A program made the position numbers and the translations under genes. This document shows, piece after piece, positions 14,076-25,740 of a stretch of DNA of 64,000 bases. Numbering within the stretch: position 1 is the stretch's first letter; each line of letters starts with the position of its first letter. The stretch comes from Prorocentrum cordatum (lineage: Eukaryota). The notes under the pieces were generated by a model, which was not told the origin of the DNA, ran no database searches, and saw only the letters and a program-made list of their open reading frames with translations. The stretch is taken from the NCBI GenBank assembly GCA_963575745.1, contig CAUYUJ010000328.1, positions 1 to 64,000 on the forward strand. Direction: 5' to 3'.

Positions 14076-14244
14076 TGGCCACATAGGGAGCGCGGGCGAA
14101 GATGGTATTCACAATCGCGGTATCCACAACTGCATATGGTTGGGTCCTTCGTCAGGCTAACTTTTCGGAGTGCGAAGATGTCGGCCATGAGGTCCTGCTG
14201 GGGAGATCAGACTCTCGGACCAGAGGGCGACCCATGAGGGCAAC

Positions 14245-14620
14245 TCGCTGTACGTAGAAGGCGGAGGTGCTGCCGCGTACATGGCCCAAGTGCCTACAGG
14301 CCCGCTACTTCGGCACCCTCCTCTGTGGGGTGGCGGCTGTGCTTCTACGTAGGTCGGCGACAGAGTGTGCCTCGCGCTGAGCTGCTCGCGTTCTATCTGG
14401 CCTTGGAGCACACGCGAGGGCCTCTCCTGCACGCAACCGGCTGGGAGCCTCTAGTTTCTGACTGGAACTTCGGCATGGCCTGTACCTCGAGGGGGGTCAT
14501 AAGTGACCGATGGTCGCGTGACGGGACGGTTTTGAAATCGAGATGCCCTGCCGAGGTCCAAACAGTTGGTGCCGAGTCCCATTTGGAGGAACACTCTGCT
14601 CGGATCAAGACCCAGTGGGA
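14245..14620 (+). pseudogene. Retroelement RNase H remnant
   Basis: LYVEGGG (YTDG-like), RQSVPRAELLAF, SDRW and AESHL parallel the QTVPRGELLAF/NSDLW/KVPSH motifs of the RNase H at 20.5 kb. Confidence 0.65.
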
Positions 14621-14927
14621 GTCGCTTCTCTGTCTCGGGCGGGTTGGTAATGGGGGGTGACCCAAGTAGGGGGTGAAGGAAAAGGCCCTAAAGGGGCCAT
14701 TTCGGGCCCCTCTTGGGCACGAAGTGGCTCCAAAAAGGGTTCTAAAGGGCCCCATGTAGGGCCTGCTTCTTCACCCCACACTTGGGCCACCCCCGTTCCC
14801 ATCCGCCCGACTGTCAGGGCAAGGCGTGTGCGAACCTTCGGGCGGGCATGGCGGCCGGGTGGTTTTGGGATCGGACAGTTGTCTCGCCCCCCCCCCGTGC
14901 ACAGATTAGTGTGACGCCGTTGCTTCC

Positions 14928-16515
14928 ATGGCTCGTAGGACGGCACGACGTGCTCTCGTGAACTCTTTGGCAAACTATTTCGAAAATGAGCAATGGGGTA
15001 TCAAGTACGCCGGTATACACACAGAAGGCAATACAAAAATGAGAGAGCAGCTGCCCGTGAACACCAACAATTGCACCATGGACGACCTGACCGAAGCACT
15101 GAAGGCTCTTGCTATTGGCAAAGCGGCAGGACACGATGGGATAGCCCCTGAATGTTGCAAACTACTTCGTCTCTCGACTACTGCATGTAAGAAAATGTTG
15201 GAACTTTGCCATACATGTTGGAAAAACACGGATCTACCATATATGTGGCGAATTGCAACAGTGGTGCTGCTGCTCAAGAAAGGGGACGCGAATTTACCAG
15301 AAAATTGCCGGCCAATCTCCCTTCTACCGGTGGACTACAAGGTGCTGGCCTGGATGATCCAAAAACGATTGCAGCGATGAACAGCAGAATCCATATTACG
15401 ATCACCGCAGTTCGATTTCAGACTGGGTCGTAGCATTATTGATGCAATTTCAACTGCCCGCCGCATGATAGACGCCGCCCTGTGCACGAAGAGCTTGTTT
15501 TGATTGCTGTGCTACGCGATTGGGCCAAGCAAGATTTTCGACAGGATCAAGCACGACGCGCTGATCAAGGCCTTGGCGAGATTTGGCATTCCTGAACCCT
15601 TGCTGTTACTCATAGCTTCAATCTACAGAACGCGCCGCTTTGTATTGAAAGATCCAGCCGGGGACTCTACAATGAGGCAACAACTTGCAGGTATAGCTCA
15701 AGGGTGCCCTCTGTCCCCCTATATTTTCAGTATCGTGCAAACTGTGATGGTTTTCGACGTTGACAACGTGTACCGCGCCATGTCCGTGGATGTCAACGAA
15801 CCAGCCTATGTAGTGTGCAATGACATACTACACGCCGACGACGCGATGCTCGTGAGCGCGCACCCGCTGAAGCTACATATTCTTTTGGATCTCGCGACTG
15901 GCGCGGGGAAGCAATACGGGCTCGATTTAAGTAGGGGGGAACCGCTGCAATGACAGTAAGCAGCGAGGGGGCGGTGCGAGACCCGTCTACGTAGCCATTT
16001 GAAAAATGTTCAACGCGCAATATATGTGGATGGACTTCTGCACAACGCTGCAGAGAGCAAGCCGGAGGTTACAAGACGGCTGGGATTAGCTAGGGGCATA
16101 TTCAGATTGTTGCGCAAGTGCTGGAACCGCGCCGATATCAGCACGTCTCGGAATCTTCGCGTGTTTGATGCTATCGCGGTGCCCGAGCTCTTACACAACT
16201 TGGAATCTTTAGGGAGATTGCAAGCAGACAACAACATACTCAATGGTTTTCAAGCATCGTGTCTCTGACGCGTTCTGGGGATCCAGCACGCATGCGATTC
16301 TGGAGTCTCAAACGCCACATCTCTATCGCTTGCGCAAGCTGCCCCCCTGAGTGAGACACTGCGTCAAAACGCGTGCAATCATGCGAACAAGTAACGCGTT
16401 TGCCTTGCGACAACTGTTGAAGGCTCTTGGTGTGCAAGCCAGAGGGCGCTGCGCCGAGACAGCGGCGCTTGGCCCGGAAGCGCGGCCGCCCTAAGCTGCA
16501 ATAGCTTCAATGTGT
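14928..16515 (+). mobile_element. Decayed, 5'-truncated LINE (RTE-like) reverse transcriptase
   Basis: KAAGHDGI, KKGD...NCRPISLL..YKV, FDRIKH, GIAQGCPLSP, LHADD, EVTRRLG.A, FQASCL*RVLGI, RGRPK; broken by frameshifts and stops. Confidence 0.92.
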
Positions 16516-17734
16516 GTGCAAGCTGGCGCAAGCAAGTTTACAGGCGGGAGGCGGCCTCTGATTCTCCTGACCCTGCCGCCCCCCCTCCTCCCCCCCCCCC
16601 CCTTTGCTGCGCGCTGTGTTTTGTCGGCGCACCGCCGGCCTGCCACGCGGCAGGGCACGTGCGTCCATGCATATGTGAGTGCATATTTTGCCCGAGCGCC
16701 GTGCCGAAGGCTGGCGCGTGGCTTCTGACTTGGCTTGACTGACGAGCCTCGGGTGGGCGCCAGGCCGTTTCAAACGCGCGTTCCCCCGAGGTTGCCCTCG
16801 ACAAGGATCTCGACAGCAGCGCTCATGAGCTCAGGCCCTTCTGTGGGCAGGTGGCGTTGCCAGTTGCGTGAGCAGATTGCCCCTCGGTTTCAGCTCCTGG
16901 CCGTGGCGGTGCAAGGGTGTCCGCGGGATCTCGTCACCGACGCTGGTGCGCCCTCGACCTCGCCCGGCCCCGCGTCTGGCTTCGAGGGCGGCTCCCTGTT
17001 TGAGCCGTTGCGTGGCGTTGAGTTTGCCGAGGGTGCGAGGCTGCATGCCTCGCATCGGCTCAACATGACCTCGGCGACCTCTGATGGACGCCGTCTTGCG
17101 AATGAGTGCGCGGTCGCAGTTTCTCAGGCACCTGGCGGGGCCCCTGGGTCGTGCCTGGCGCCGGCCCATGTTGATGAAAATTGTGCTGTTTCGCCCGCGC
17201 GCGCGTGCCGCGACGCGGTCTCCTCCATGCAGTCGGACAGCTTCGAGGGCCCGCATCCTGAAACCAGTGCCTCTTTCGTCCGCGCCGCGGAAGGCATCGC
17301 CCTTTCGGCTGTGGCGGCCTTTTTGCGGGAGGAGAGGGGAAGTGTGGACGTGCAGGTTGCTGACAGTCAGGTTGTTGGCGGCGGGCGCAGTGTAGATGAT
17401 GACAGCAATGGCGGACGTAGTTTCTCGCCACATTGTGGCCCATCCGCAGTGCAGCCGAATCCATCCTCCCCCCCGTCACCTCCCCCAGTCTCACCTTCCC
17501 TCGCCTCCTCCTCCGTTCTCCTCTTCCTCCTTTTTCCCCCTTTTCCTCCTCTTACTCCTCCTCCTCCTCCCCCTCCTCCGCCTCCTCCTCCTCCTCCCCC
17601 TCTGTCTCCTCCAACTCCCCCTGCTCCTTCTCCTCCTCATCGCCGCCATGACCTAGGGGCGTCGGACAGGCCGACTCGTGCTCAGGGCCCCACGTTAGTC
17701 ACGCAGGGTACGGCAGAGTGAGCATTATAAAGAT

Positions 17735-20700
17735 ATGGCGCTGCAGGACGTCTCGGCCAACTGGTGGGAACGTGCGCAGGTGGTGTTGCGCAAGCTGGCT
17801 CAGCACAAACGACGGGCGAACGGACGTAGCCAGTCAGAGGCTCTCGCATTGGCAGGGGCCAAGCTTGCAGGGCAGCCGCCAGGCTGCGCATGCGAGTCCG
17901 TAGGCAGATCACCCGACGCCACCACGTGGACATCCTGGCTCACAGTTTTGCTCGAGCTCAGGGACGTCACCGACCAGCAGCTGGACGTATACGCAGCTGA
18001 AGCTAAACGAGTTGCCCAACGGGCTCGCAGTCATGCAGCTTCGGCCTCCTTAGCTGATTTCAAAGATTGGATAGGTGAACAGGAGCACTCTGGACCCACC
18101 TTTCGAGCTACCAAAGAATCCCCTCTCGCAGTTGTTGAGTTTCCAACTTCGGCCAGTTCAGACCAGGGCGTCATTTTCCAGCCTAGGGACGCAGTCGACC
18201 ACAAGGCAGCTCATTGGTATACCTTGTGGACGTCCCGCGTCAAGCAGACAGTGCCAGGGGTTCAAGAGCTCTTCGAACGTATTCGGTGGCATGCAGCATC
18301 TGAGCCCTTGACACCTCTCACAGCAGACGATATTCGCGCGGCAGTTCGACGAATGCGACCTCGGGCTGGTCAAGGGGTCGATCGGCTATCACCGATCGAC
18401 CTCGAAAGGTTACCACGGCAGGCGCTCGATGAATTGGCTGTCATTTATACCATGTGTGAACAATGCCAGACATGGCCCTGGCAACTTCTGCCAGTGCTAG
18501 GGCGTCCCTTGCCCAATAATAGCTCTGGCAACCGCGTGATCGGGCTCATCTGCATGATTGGCAGGATATGGTCTTTATCACGGGAACCCCTCATTCGAGA
18601 ATGGGCCAGTGCTGGGCAACCCGACTGGGAGGCCGCCATCGCAGGCAACTCAGCCTTGCGCGAGGCTTACCTTCGGGCTCTCGACGAGGAGCTTTTCACC
18701 AAGATGAAGGCTTCCCACGGACACGCATTACTAGACATACATTCGTTTTACGATGAAATCGAGTGGTCGGTGCTTGTGGACGGAGCACTCAAATGCGGTT
18801 GTCCTCCTGTTCTGTTAGGCCTCGAGCTCCAAACTTGTTCAGGTCCTCGTCTTTTGGACCAAGGCGACGCTGGTTCGTGCCCGTTCCAATGTACGGGAAG
18901 TATCATTAAAGGACTCAGGAGTGGTACGAGGTTCGCCAAAGTAGTCACCAACATGGTGATGGTACGCCTCACAGTGTGCCACCCTCGGCTGTCGGAGCGA
19001 CTCTGGATAGACGATCTTTCACAGACAGCCGTGGGGTCAAGGGCTTCGGCTTGCAACGATTTAGTGGAAAGCATTACTTGCACGAGTGACCTCATGGACG
19101 AGTATTCGCTCAGACTTGCGAAGAAAAGCACCATAACTTACTCTGACATGAGGGGCGCTCGGAGAATCCAGAAGAGGTTGCAAGCTCGTGGTATTTCAAT
19201 CATCGCGGCTCCTCAGATCTCTTATATCGGTGTAGATTTAGCCAGTGGAAAAACACATGGGAGCTACACGTCAGAAAAGGTTTGTCACGACTCTCAAGCA
19301 GCACATCAAAGTCCGTCGGTATGCTTTTGCTTCCAAGAGGTTCAGAGTTCTGCAGAAAGTGGAACTAGCTGGACCTCAGGCAGGAGCTCGGTACGGGCAT
19401 CAAGTACATGGACTTCCTTCGACTTCGCTGACCCACCTGCGTCGGCCGCTAGGCGCCGTCACAGGAGGGCATATGCGAGGTCGGTGCCTTGCCACCTTGC
19501 TAGACATTCGAGCCCCAGGTGCCGACCCTGGGTATGCTTTGCCCCGCCAATGCCTGGCCGAACGGCTACGAGTACGGTTGGATGTGCCGCGGGTTCGGGC
19601 TCCGATCTCGAAGGTCTGGGGCGCCACAGCCCCCTTCTTCCAGCAGTGTGAACCTCGCCACCGGGCGAGGCACATTCGGGGCCCCCTCACGGCGGTGGTC
19701 CACTACCTCATCGATGCAGGCTGGGACATCCCAGAGCCGTCGCTGTGGTATCAGGCCGCAGATGCAGAGGGCCACCAGGGCGGGTGGAACTTCGCAGACT
19801 CCGACTTCCAAGCTCAAGAGCAGGCAGCTGAACTTCTCGATGCATTCACCAGGTCATTTCAACGGAAGCAGTGGCAGCAGGCAGCAGTATCTACTTTGTG
19901 GAGGCAGCATGGAGGCAGGAGTCGACAACTTCAGCCTCAGGAAGCAGTTGTTCCAGCTTGAGCAGGTTCCCAAGATCGGACTCAGGTTGGCACATCTTTT
20001 ACTTACGATCACGATCGGCGGGGCGTGGACGGCGTCTCGGAAGGAAGATGCAGGATATGGTGTTCCGTCGCAGTGCCCACGTTGCGAGGAGGGGCCAGAG
20101 ACACCCAAGCATCGTTCTGGAGCTGCCGATGTAACCAAGGGTCGGCAGCCTTTGATTTGCCCCAGGAGTTATGCCACAAAGCGCTAACCCAAGGTGACAG
20201 TATGGAATGTTATTGGTATCGAGGGCCCATACCCTCCCACCTCACGGCTGTGGACCCGCCCACGCAAGAGGAGATCTGGACAGTTAGTCACAACGACGAC
20301 CTGGATCAGAGCTTTTTCGGCGAGGGCGACGAGTCTACACCCATTGTGATCCATGGTGATGCTTCGGGCGGCAGTGATACACATGATCCTCGACTTCGCC
20401 GGGTAGGGTTAGCAGTATCAGCAGTCGGCGAGCTCCCTGGACCAGATTCGCGTTTTGTTTTGGACCACTGCCAGGAGTGAGGCAAACCGTCCCTAGGGGC
20501 GAACTGCTGGCGTTCCTCCTGGGTGTGAGGTGGTCGGCAGGATTCGTGACCTTCGTCACGGACAATGAGGAGGTGCGTCGAGGCGGGTGGGAACGACTGC
20601 ACATCGCTCCACAAGGCGCGAACTCAGATCTGTGGCGAGAAGTGGGAAAGACGCTCAAGCAACAAAGACGGGAGCCGTATCACATCGCCGTCATCAAAGT

Positions 20701-21422
20701 CCCATCTCATGTTTCAGGTGAGGAAGTCATCACTCGCCAGTTGGCGGGACCTCTCATCGCAGGCAATGTTTTTGTCGACCACTTGGCTGGAGAGGCGGCA
20801 CTGCGTGCGAGGGTCCCGCAGGATCAGCGTGCCCGTATTTTGCAGACTGAGCACGATCTCGCCCTCATTCGTCAACGTTTGCCCAGAGCTTCGCTCGAAT
20901 CCATTGCCTGTGAGAAGGAAAAGAAGGCTCCCCGAAGGCCCCGTAAGCCTCCCAGGGTTTCACCTCCTGCCCCAGCCACGGTGGCCCTCTTTTGCAGTGC
21001 GCATTGTATCTCGGAGTGTGGAAAAAAAAGGTGCCTTGTTTGTCGGGGATCCACGACTGCGGCTGGGAAAAAGGAGTTTCTCGAGTCAGCGCGCTTTCAG
21101 CCTGAGCTTCAGCCTACGGGGATTATGAGGGTTCCTCGGGGGAAGCGTTTGCATCTCGCTGGGGGGTGGGTCCACCGATCTTATCATGAATCCCTGTCCG
21201 TTTGGTATTGTGCGGCCTGTGGGTGCTACCACCAGCAGCAGCTCCGAGGTTTGGCTGATGAGTGTATGGCCCCCCCAAGAGCCCCGCTTACCAAAGCACG
21301 GCGAGAATATCTCGACCGTCTTTCAAGAGGTCTCATGCCCAAAGTTCTCAGCAGAGCTGAGAAGGCGGCCAGATCCTCCTAATTCATTGAACTCGCTTCG
21401 CGACCGGTCTTATCTTATCTTA
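17735..21422 (+). mobile_element. Frameshifted non-LTR retroelement: RT, CCHC knuckle, RNase H, C-terminal Cys/His domain, (TCTTA)3 tail
   Basis: RT motifs GQGVD, NRVIGL..MIGRIW, LLDIHSFYD, GSIIKG, LWIDDL, YIGV; CPRC..ET.KHR.W.C at ~20075; RNase H HGDASGG, QTVPRGEL, VTDN, NSDLW, KVPSH, GN..VD.LA; WYCAACG...C; stop at 21382; tail at 21408-21422. Confidence 0.92.
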
Positions 21423-21874
21423 CCTTCTACTCCTCATCATCATTATCATCATCAGCAGCATCATCATCTTCTTCGTCCTCATCCCCATCCTCATCCCCAT
21501 CCTCATCCTCTTTCTCATCCCTTGTCCTCCCCCTCCCTCTCCCCTCCTCCTCCTTCTCCTCCTTCTCTTCCTCCTTCATCCTCCAGTGACCCTCCTCTCT
21601 CCTCCCTCCTCTTTGCAACTTATCAATATGAATACTACTCCCTCTCTCCCCTGAATTTGTCTGGGGCGTGGGCCCGCCCTCTCCGCGCATTGTGGCTTAC
21701 ACAAGGTTGACCACGGTTGGGCCGGGTTGGTTGTCCTATGTGTTGTTGCCGTGTGATTGTTGCCCGTATTTCCAAATGGCGTTCCCGCTGCAGCGTGGGC
21801 CTCACTTTCGGATTGGCGCTTTGCTCCCGTCGTTCAGAATGGCGCGGGCCACTTTTCTGGATCCCGCAAGTATC

Positions 21875-22045
21875 GCAGGACCCATAGGTCCCACTGGTCC
21901 GAACGGACCCACAGGTCTCGCAGGTCGTCCCACGGGCACCACAGATACAGCAGGTCCGACCGGCTCTACAGGCCCCAGAGGCCCCCAGAGGTGTCGCAGG
22001 CCTTGCAGGTCCCACAAGTCCGGCAGGTCCGCAGGCCACAGGTCC
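21875..22045. repeat. Degenerate 9-bp (acaggtccc-like) minisatellite
   Basis: Recurrent caggtc at ~9-bp spacing. Confidence 0.65.
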
Positions 22046-25000
22046 CTCCTCCCTCCTCCTCATCCTCCTCCTCCTCCTCCTCCTCCTCCTCCCGCCTCGC
22101 CCCCCCCCCTCCCCTCCCCTCCTGGAGGGGGCGCGGGCAGTTCTCGGGAGCCCCAGGCCCTCGCGCCCGCCCCCCCGCCGCTGCCCCGCCCGCGCCCGCA
22201 GAACACCTACACCGCCCGATGCCTCCAGGGGAACTGGTCCGAGGAGCCGAGCGGTGGCGGCGGCGGCGGCGGCGCCCGCGACGACGGCGGTGGGCAACGG
22301 CGGCGACGGCGGTGGCGGCGGTGAGCAACGGCGGCGGCGGCGGCGAGGGCGGCGGCGGCGGCGAGGGCGGCGGCGGCGGCGACGACGGCGAGGGCGGCGG
22401 CAGCGGGGACGGCGAGGACGGTGGCGAGGGCGGCGGCGAGGACGGCGAGGACGGCGGACGCGCCGGCGGCGGCAGCGACGGCCCCGCTTCGGGCGCTCGA
22501 GGGCAGTCCTGGAGGTCCATGGGGCCGTCTTGGGACGCTTGGCGGACATCTTGGGCCGACTTGAGTGCATCTCTGGCCGTCTCGGAGCCACCTTGGGGGG
22601 CGATCTCGTCATCTCTGGAGGCCATCGCCGCCATCTGAGAGACCATCTTGGACCATCCGGGCCGTCTTGGAGGCATCGGGGGCCTTGCCTCTCACCTTCT
22701 GGGCGGCTGTTCTGGTCCTTCTGGGTGGCCGGCGCGATCAGCCGAGACGCCATTGGACATGTTTCCGTAGAGCCACAGCATTTAAGTCCTGAGCGCCGTG
22801 CACCCCTGTAGCAACAGGGGCGCCCTCGAGGGCGCGAAGTTACTCGCGCTGCGCGCTCCGCGGTTCGGCTCCGATTCCTCCCCATCCTTCTCTTCTCCCC
22901 TGGGAGGCGGCGCGAGAGAGCGCGAAGTTATTCGCGCTTCGCGCAGCGCGAAGCGCGAAGTGGAGAGCCCTTGTAGCAAGCAACAGTGGGTGGCGGATCG
23001 AAGACGCTTACGGCGAATCTGTGCCGCCCCCTCCCTTTTTTGAAAGCGCCCATGCGGCCAAACGTGGGGCCGAAGGCGGGCCAAGGTAGCTATTGGACGA
23101 TGTGTTTCCCCATCGGTTATGGAGTCCTTTGGGGGAACACTAAGGAGAGGAAGAGACAGGAGGAGGCGGAGGAGGAGAGGGAGGGGAAGGCAGAGGAGGA
23201 AGAAGAGGAGGCCTCTCGAGGCCTCTTGAGACTCTCGGGTGCTTTCTGGGCGCCTTCGGGGGGGGCTCTAAAGCGCATTTGGGGGGCATGTTGGGGGTCT
23301 CCTGGGACCTCTTGGGGACCTCTTGGGGACGTCTCTGGGGCCGTCTTGGGCGCGTCTTGGGGGCCTCTTGGGCTGTCTTGGGGCCCTCTTGGGCCGTCTG
23401 GCGGGCCTCTTGGGGGCCTCCGGGGCCGTCTTGGAGCGATCCTGGGGGCTCATGGGCCCCCGTCTTGGAGCGTCGGAAGCCCGAAAAGGTGAGACCGCTA
23501 AAATCATTGAAAAAACCTAAGGGTTATCAGCGAATTTGGCCTCATCGGTCTTTCCCAGAGGACCTCTTGGAGGCCTCTTGGGCCGTCTTGGAGGCTTCTT
23601 GGGGGTCTCTGTCTTGGGGGCCTCCTTGGGCCTGTTAGGGACCTATAGGGCCTTCTTGGGAGCCTCTTTGGCTGTCTTGGGGCCGTTCCTGGCCCGCCTG
23701 ACGCCGTCGGGAGCCGTCTTGGGGGCCTCTCTGAACCGACTTGGAGCCGTCATGGCCGTCTTGGAGGCCATCTTGCGCGTCGTAGAGGCCTCTTGGGCCG
23801 TCTTGGGTCCATCTTGGGGCCATCTCGGGTGCCTCTTGGGCCGTTCTTGGGCCATCTTGGAGGCTTCTTGGGCGATTTTTGGGGCCTCTTGGGCCGTCTT
23901 GGGCCGTCGGAAGGCCGATAAGAAGCAAATTCTTCAAACACCTACAGGACGTCTCTGATCTTGGCCTCTTCGGGCCTTTCTGGAGGACTTTTTGGAGGCC
24001 TCGTGGGCCGTCTTGGGTCATCTTGAGGCCATCTTCGGCCGTCTTGGAGGTATCTTGTGGCCATCTTAGCCGTCTTGGATGCCCTCTTGGCCGTCTTGGA
24101 GGCCGTCTTGGCGCCGTCTTGGAGGCATCTTGGAGGCAGTTTTGGGCCATCTTGGCTGTCTCAAAGGTGATCGTGCGATTTTTCTGCAGATGGTGCGGCC
24201 TTTCGGGTGGCCCGCGCAAGGAACCGACGCCCCGGGACGAGCTCTGTTGGAAAAGAGCCACAACCAAACATCGTAAGAAATTTAGCACGCCAGGCACCCC
24301 AAGACCACAGGGGGCGGAGGATCGAGGACGCCTACGGCGAATCACCGACGCCCCCGTCCTTTTGGAGTCGCCCATGTGGCCGAGCGTTGTGGCAAGAGCT
24401 CTGCTAAGCTATCGGACCACGTGTTCCCCCACCCGTTGTGGAAGGCCTTCGGGGACCACTTGGGGGAGGATGGCGGGACAAATCAGGAGGAGGAGGAGGA
24501 GGAGGACGACGAGGGGGAGGAGGGGGAGGAGGAGGAGAGAGGAGGAGGAGGAGGAGGAGGAGGAGGAGGAGGAGGAGGAGGAGGAGAGGAGGAGGAGAGG
24601 AGGAGGAGGAGGAGGAGGAGGAGGAGGAAGAGGAGGAGGAGGAGGAGGAGAAGGAGGAGGAGGAGGAGGGGGCATCTTGGGAGCCTCTGGGGGCACTCTT
24701 GGGGCCTCCTGGGCGCTCCCTGGGAGCCTCTTGGAGGCATCTTGGGGGCCTCCTTGGGCCTATCGGGGGCCTGTGGGGGCTTCTCGGGGGCTTCTTTGGC
24801 CGGATTAGAGCAGGCCTGGCTCGCCTGACGCCGTCGGAAGCCGTCTTGGGGGCCTCTCTGGACCGACTTGCGGCCCTTTTGGGGTGCTCCAGGGCCGTCT
24901 TGGAGGCCATCTTGCGCGTCTTGAGGCCTCTTGGGCCGTCTTGGGGCCCTCCTGGGGCCGTCTTACGGGCCTCCTGGGCCGTTCTTGGAGCATCTTGGAG

Positions 25001-25115
25001 GAGGCCTCTTGGGCGATTGTGGGGCGATCTTTGGGGCCTCTCGAGCCGTCTCGGGCCGTCGGAAGGCCGAAAAGAAGCAACTGCCCAAATCCTTGAAAAC
25101 ATATGGAGCATCAAT

Positions 25116-25740
25116 TATCCCAGTGCGACCCTACCTAGGAGTTGGAACCCCTAGGAAAGCAGCATTAGTAGTAACAGTAACGCTAAGCTAAAGCTAAGCT
25201 AAAGCTAAGCCACAGCTGAGCAACAGCTAAGCTAAATATAAGCTAAAGCTAAGCTAAAGCTAAGCTAAAGCTAAGCTAAAGCTGAGCAACAGCTAAGCTA
25301 AAGCTAAGATACAGCTAAGCTAAAGCTAAGCTAAAGCTAAGCTAAAGCTAAGCTAAATCTAAGCTAAAGCTAAGCTAGAGCTAAGCTAAAGCTAAGCTAA
25401 CGCTAAGCTAAAGCTAGGCTAAAGCTAAGCTAACTCTAAGCTACAGCTAAGCTCAAGCTAAGCTAAAGCTAAGCTAAATCTAAGCTAAAGCTAGGCTAAA
25501 CGCTAAGCGAAAAAGCTAAGCGGAACGCTAAGCTAAAGCTAAGCTACAGCTAAGCTAAAGCTAAGCTAAAGCTAAGCTAAAGCTAAGCTAAAGCTAAGCT
25601 AAAGCTAAAGCTAAAGCTCCCAGGGGACTGGAGTGAACCGCTCCCAGGGGACCGGGGGAACCGCCCGGGGCGCTTTCCATTGCCCGGCCCCTTTAAGCTA
25701 AGAGAGTAAGAACCCTTCTAGGCAGAGCCTAGGTAGGGAA
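25116..25740. mobile_element. Non-autonomous element with sub-terminal inverted repeats, end hairpins and an internal 11-bp array (HINE/DINE-like)
   Basis: ccctacctagg (25129-25139) is inverted to cctaggtaggg (25728-25738); hairpins at 25134-25155 and 25713-25738; interrupts the host motif atcaat|gat seen intact at ~26099. Confidence 0.7.
25182..25618. repeat. 11-bp tandem repeat (AAGCTAAGCTA)n, ~40 units
   Basis: Direct reading; AT-rich island. Confidence 0.97.

Larger units (their letters stand above)
12721..14190 (-). mobile_element. Satellite-carrying element copy 1, Helitron/Helentron-like (inferred)
   Basis: On the minus strand: 22-bp lead-in (14130-14151), coding-like insert, ~11 x 89-bp units, GAG tract, terminal hairpin 12723-12745 followed by AA. 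Same order as copy 2 at 29349-30038. Confidence 0.55.

Noticed and set aside
15990..16000. Dinoflagellate spliced-leader relic (cgtagccattt)
   Set aside because: An 11-nt match inside the RT relic that lacks the TGGCTCAAG 3' part; likely chance.
16735..17721. ORF1 of the downstream retroelement
   Set aside because: No recognisable domain, and it runs into a CCT tract; cannot be supported without homologs.
21668..22324. Collagen-like GPT repeat protein
   Set aside because: Only a few triplets from a 9-bp minisatellite; the register breaks and no gene context is present.
25182..25618. Telomeric repeat
   Set aside because: The unit AAGCTAAGCTA has no G-run and is internal to a bounded element.
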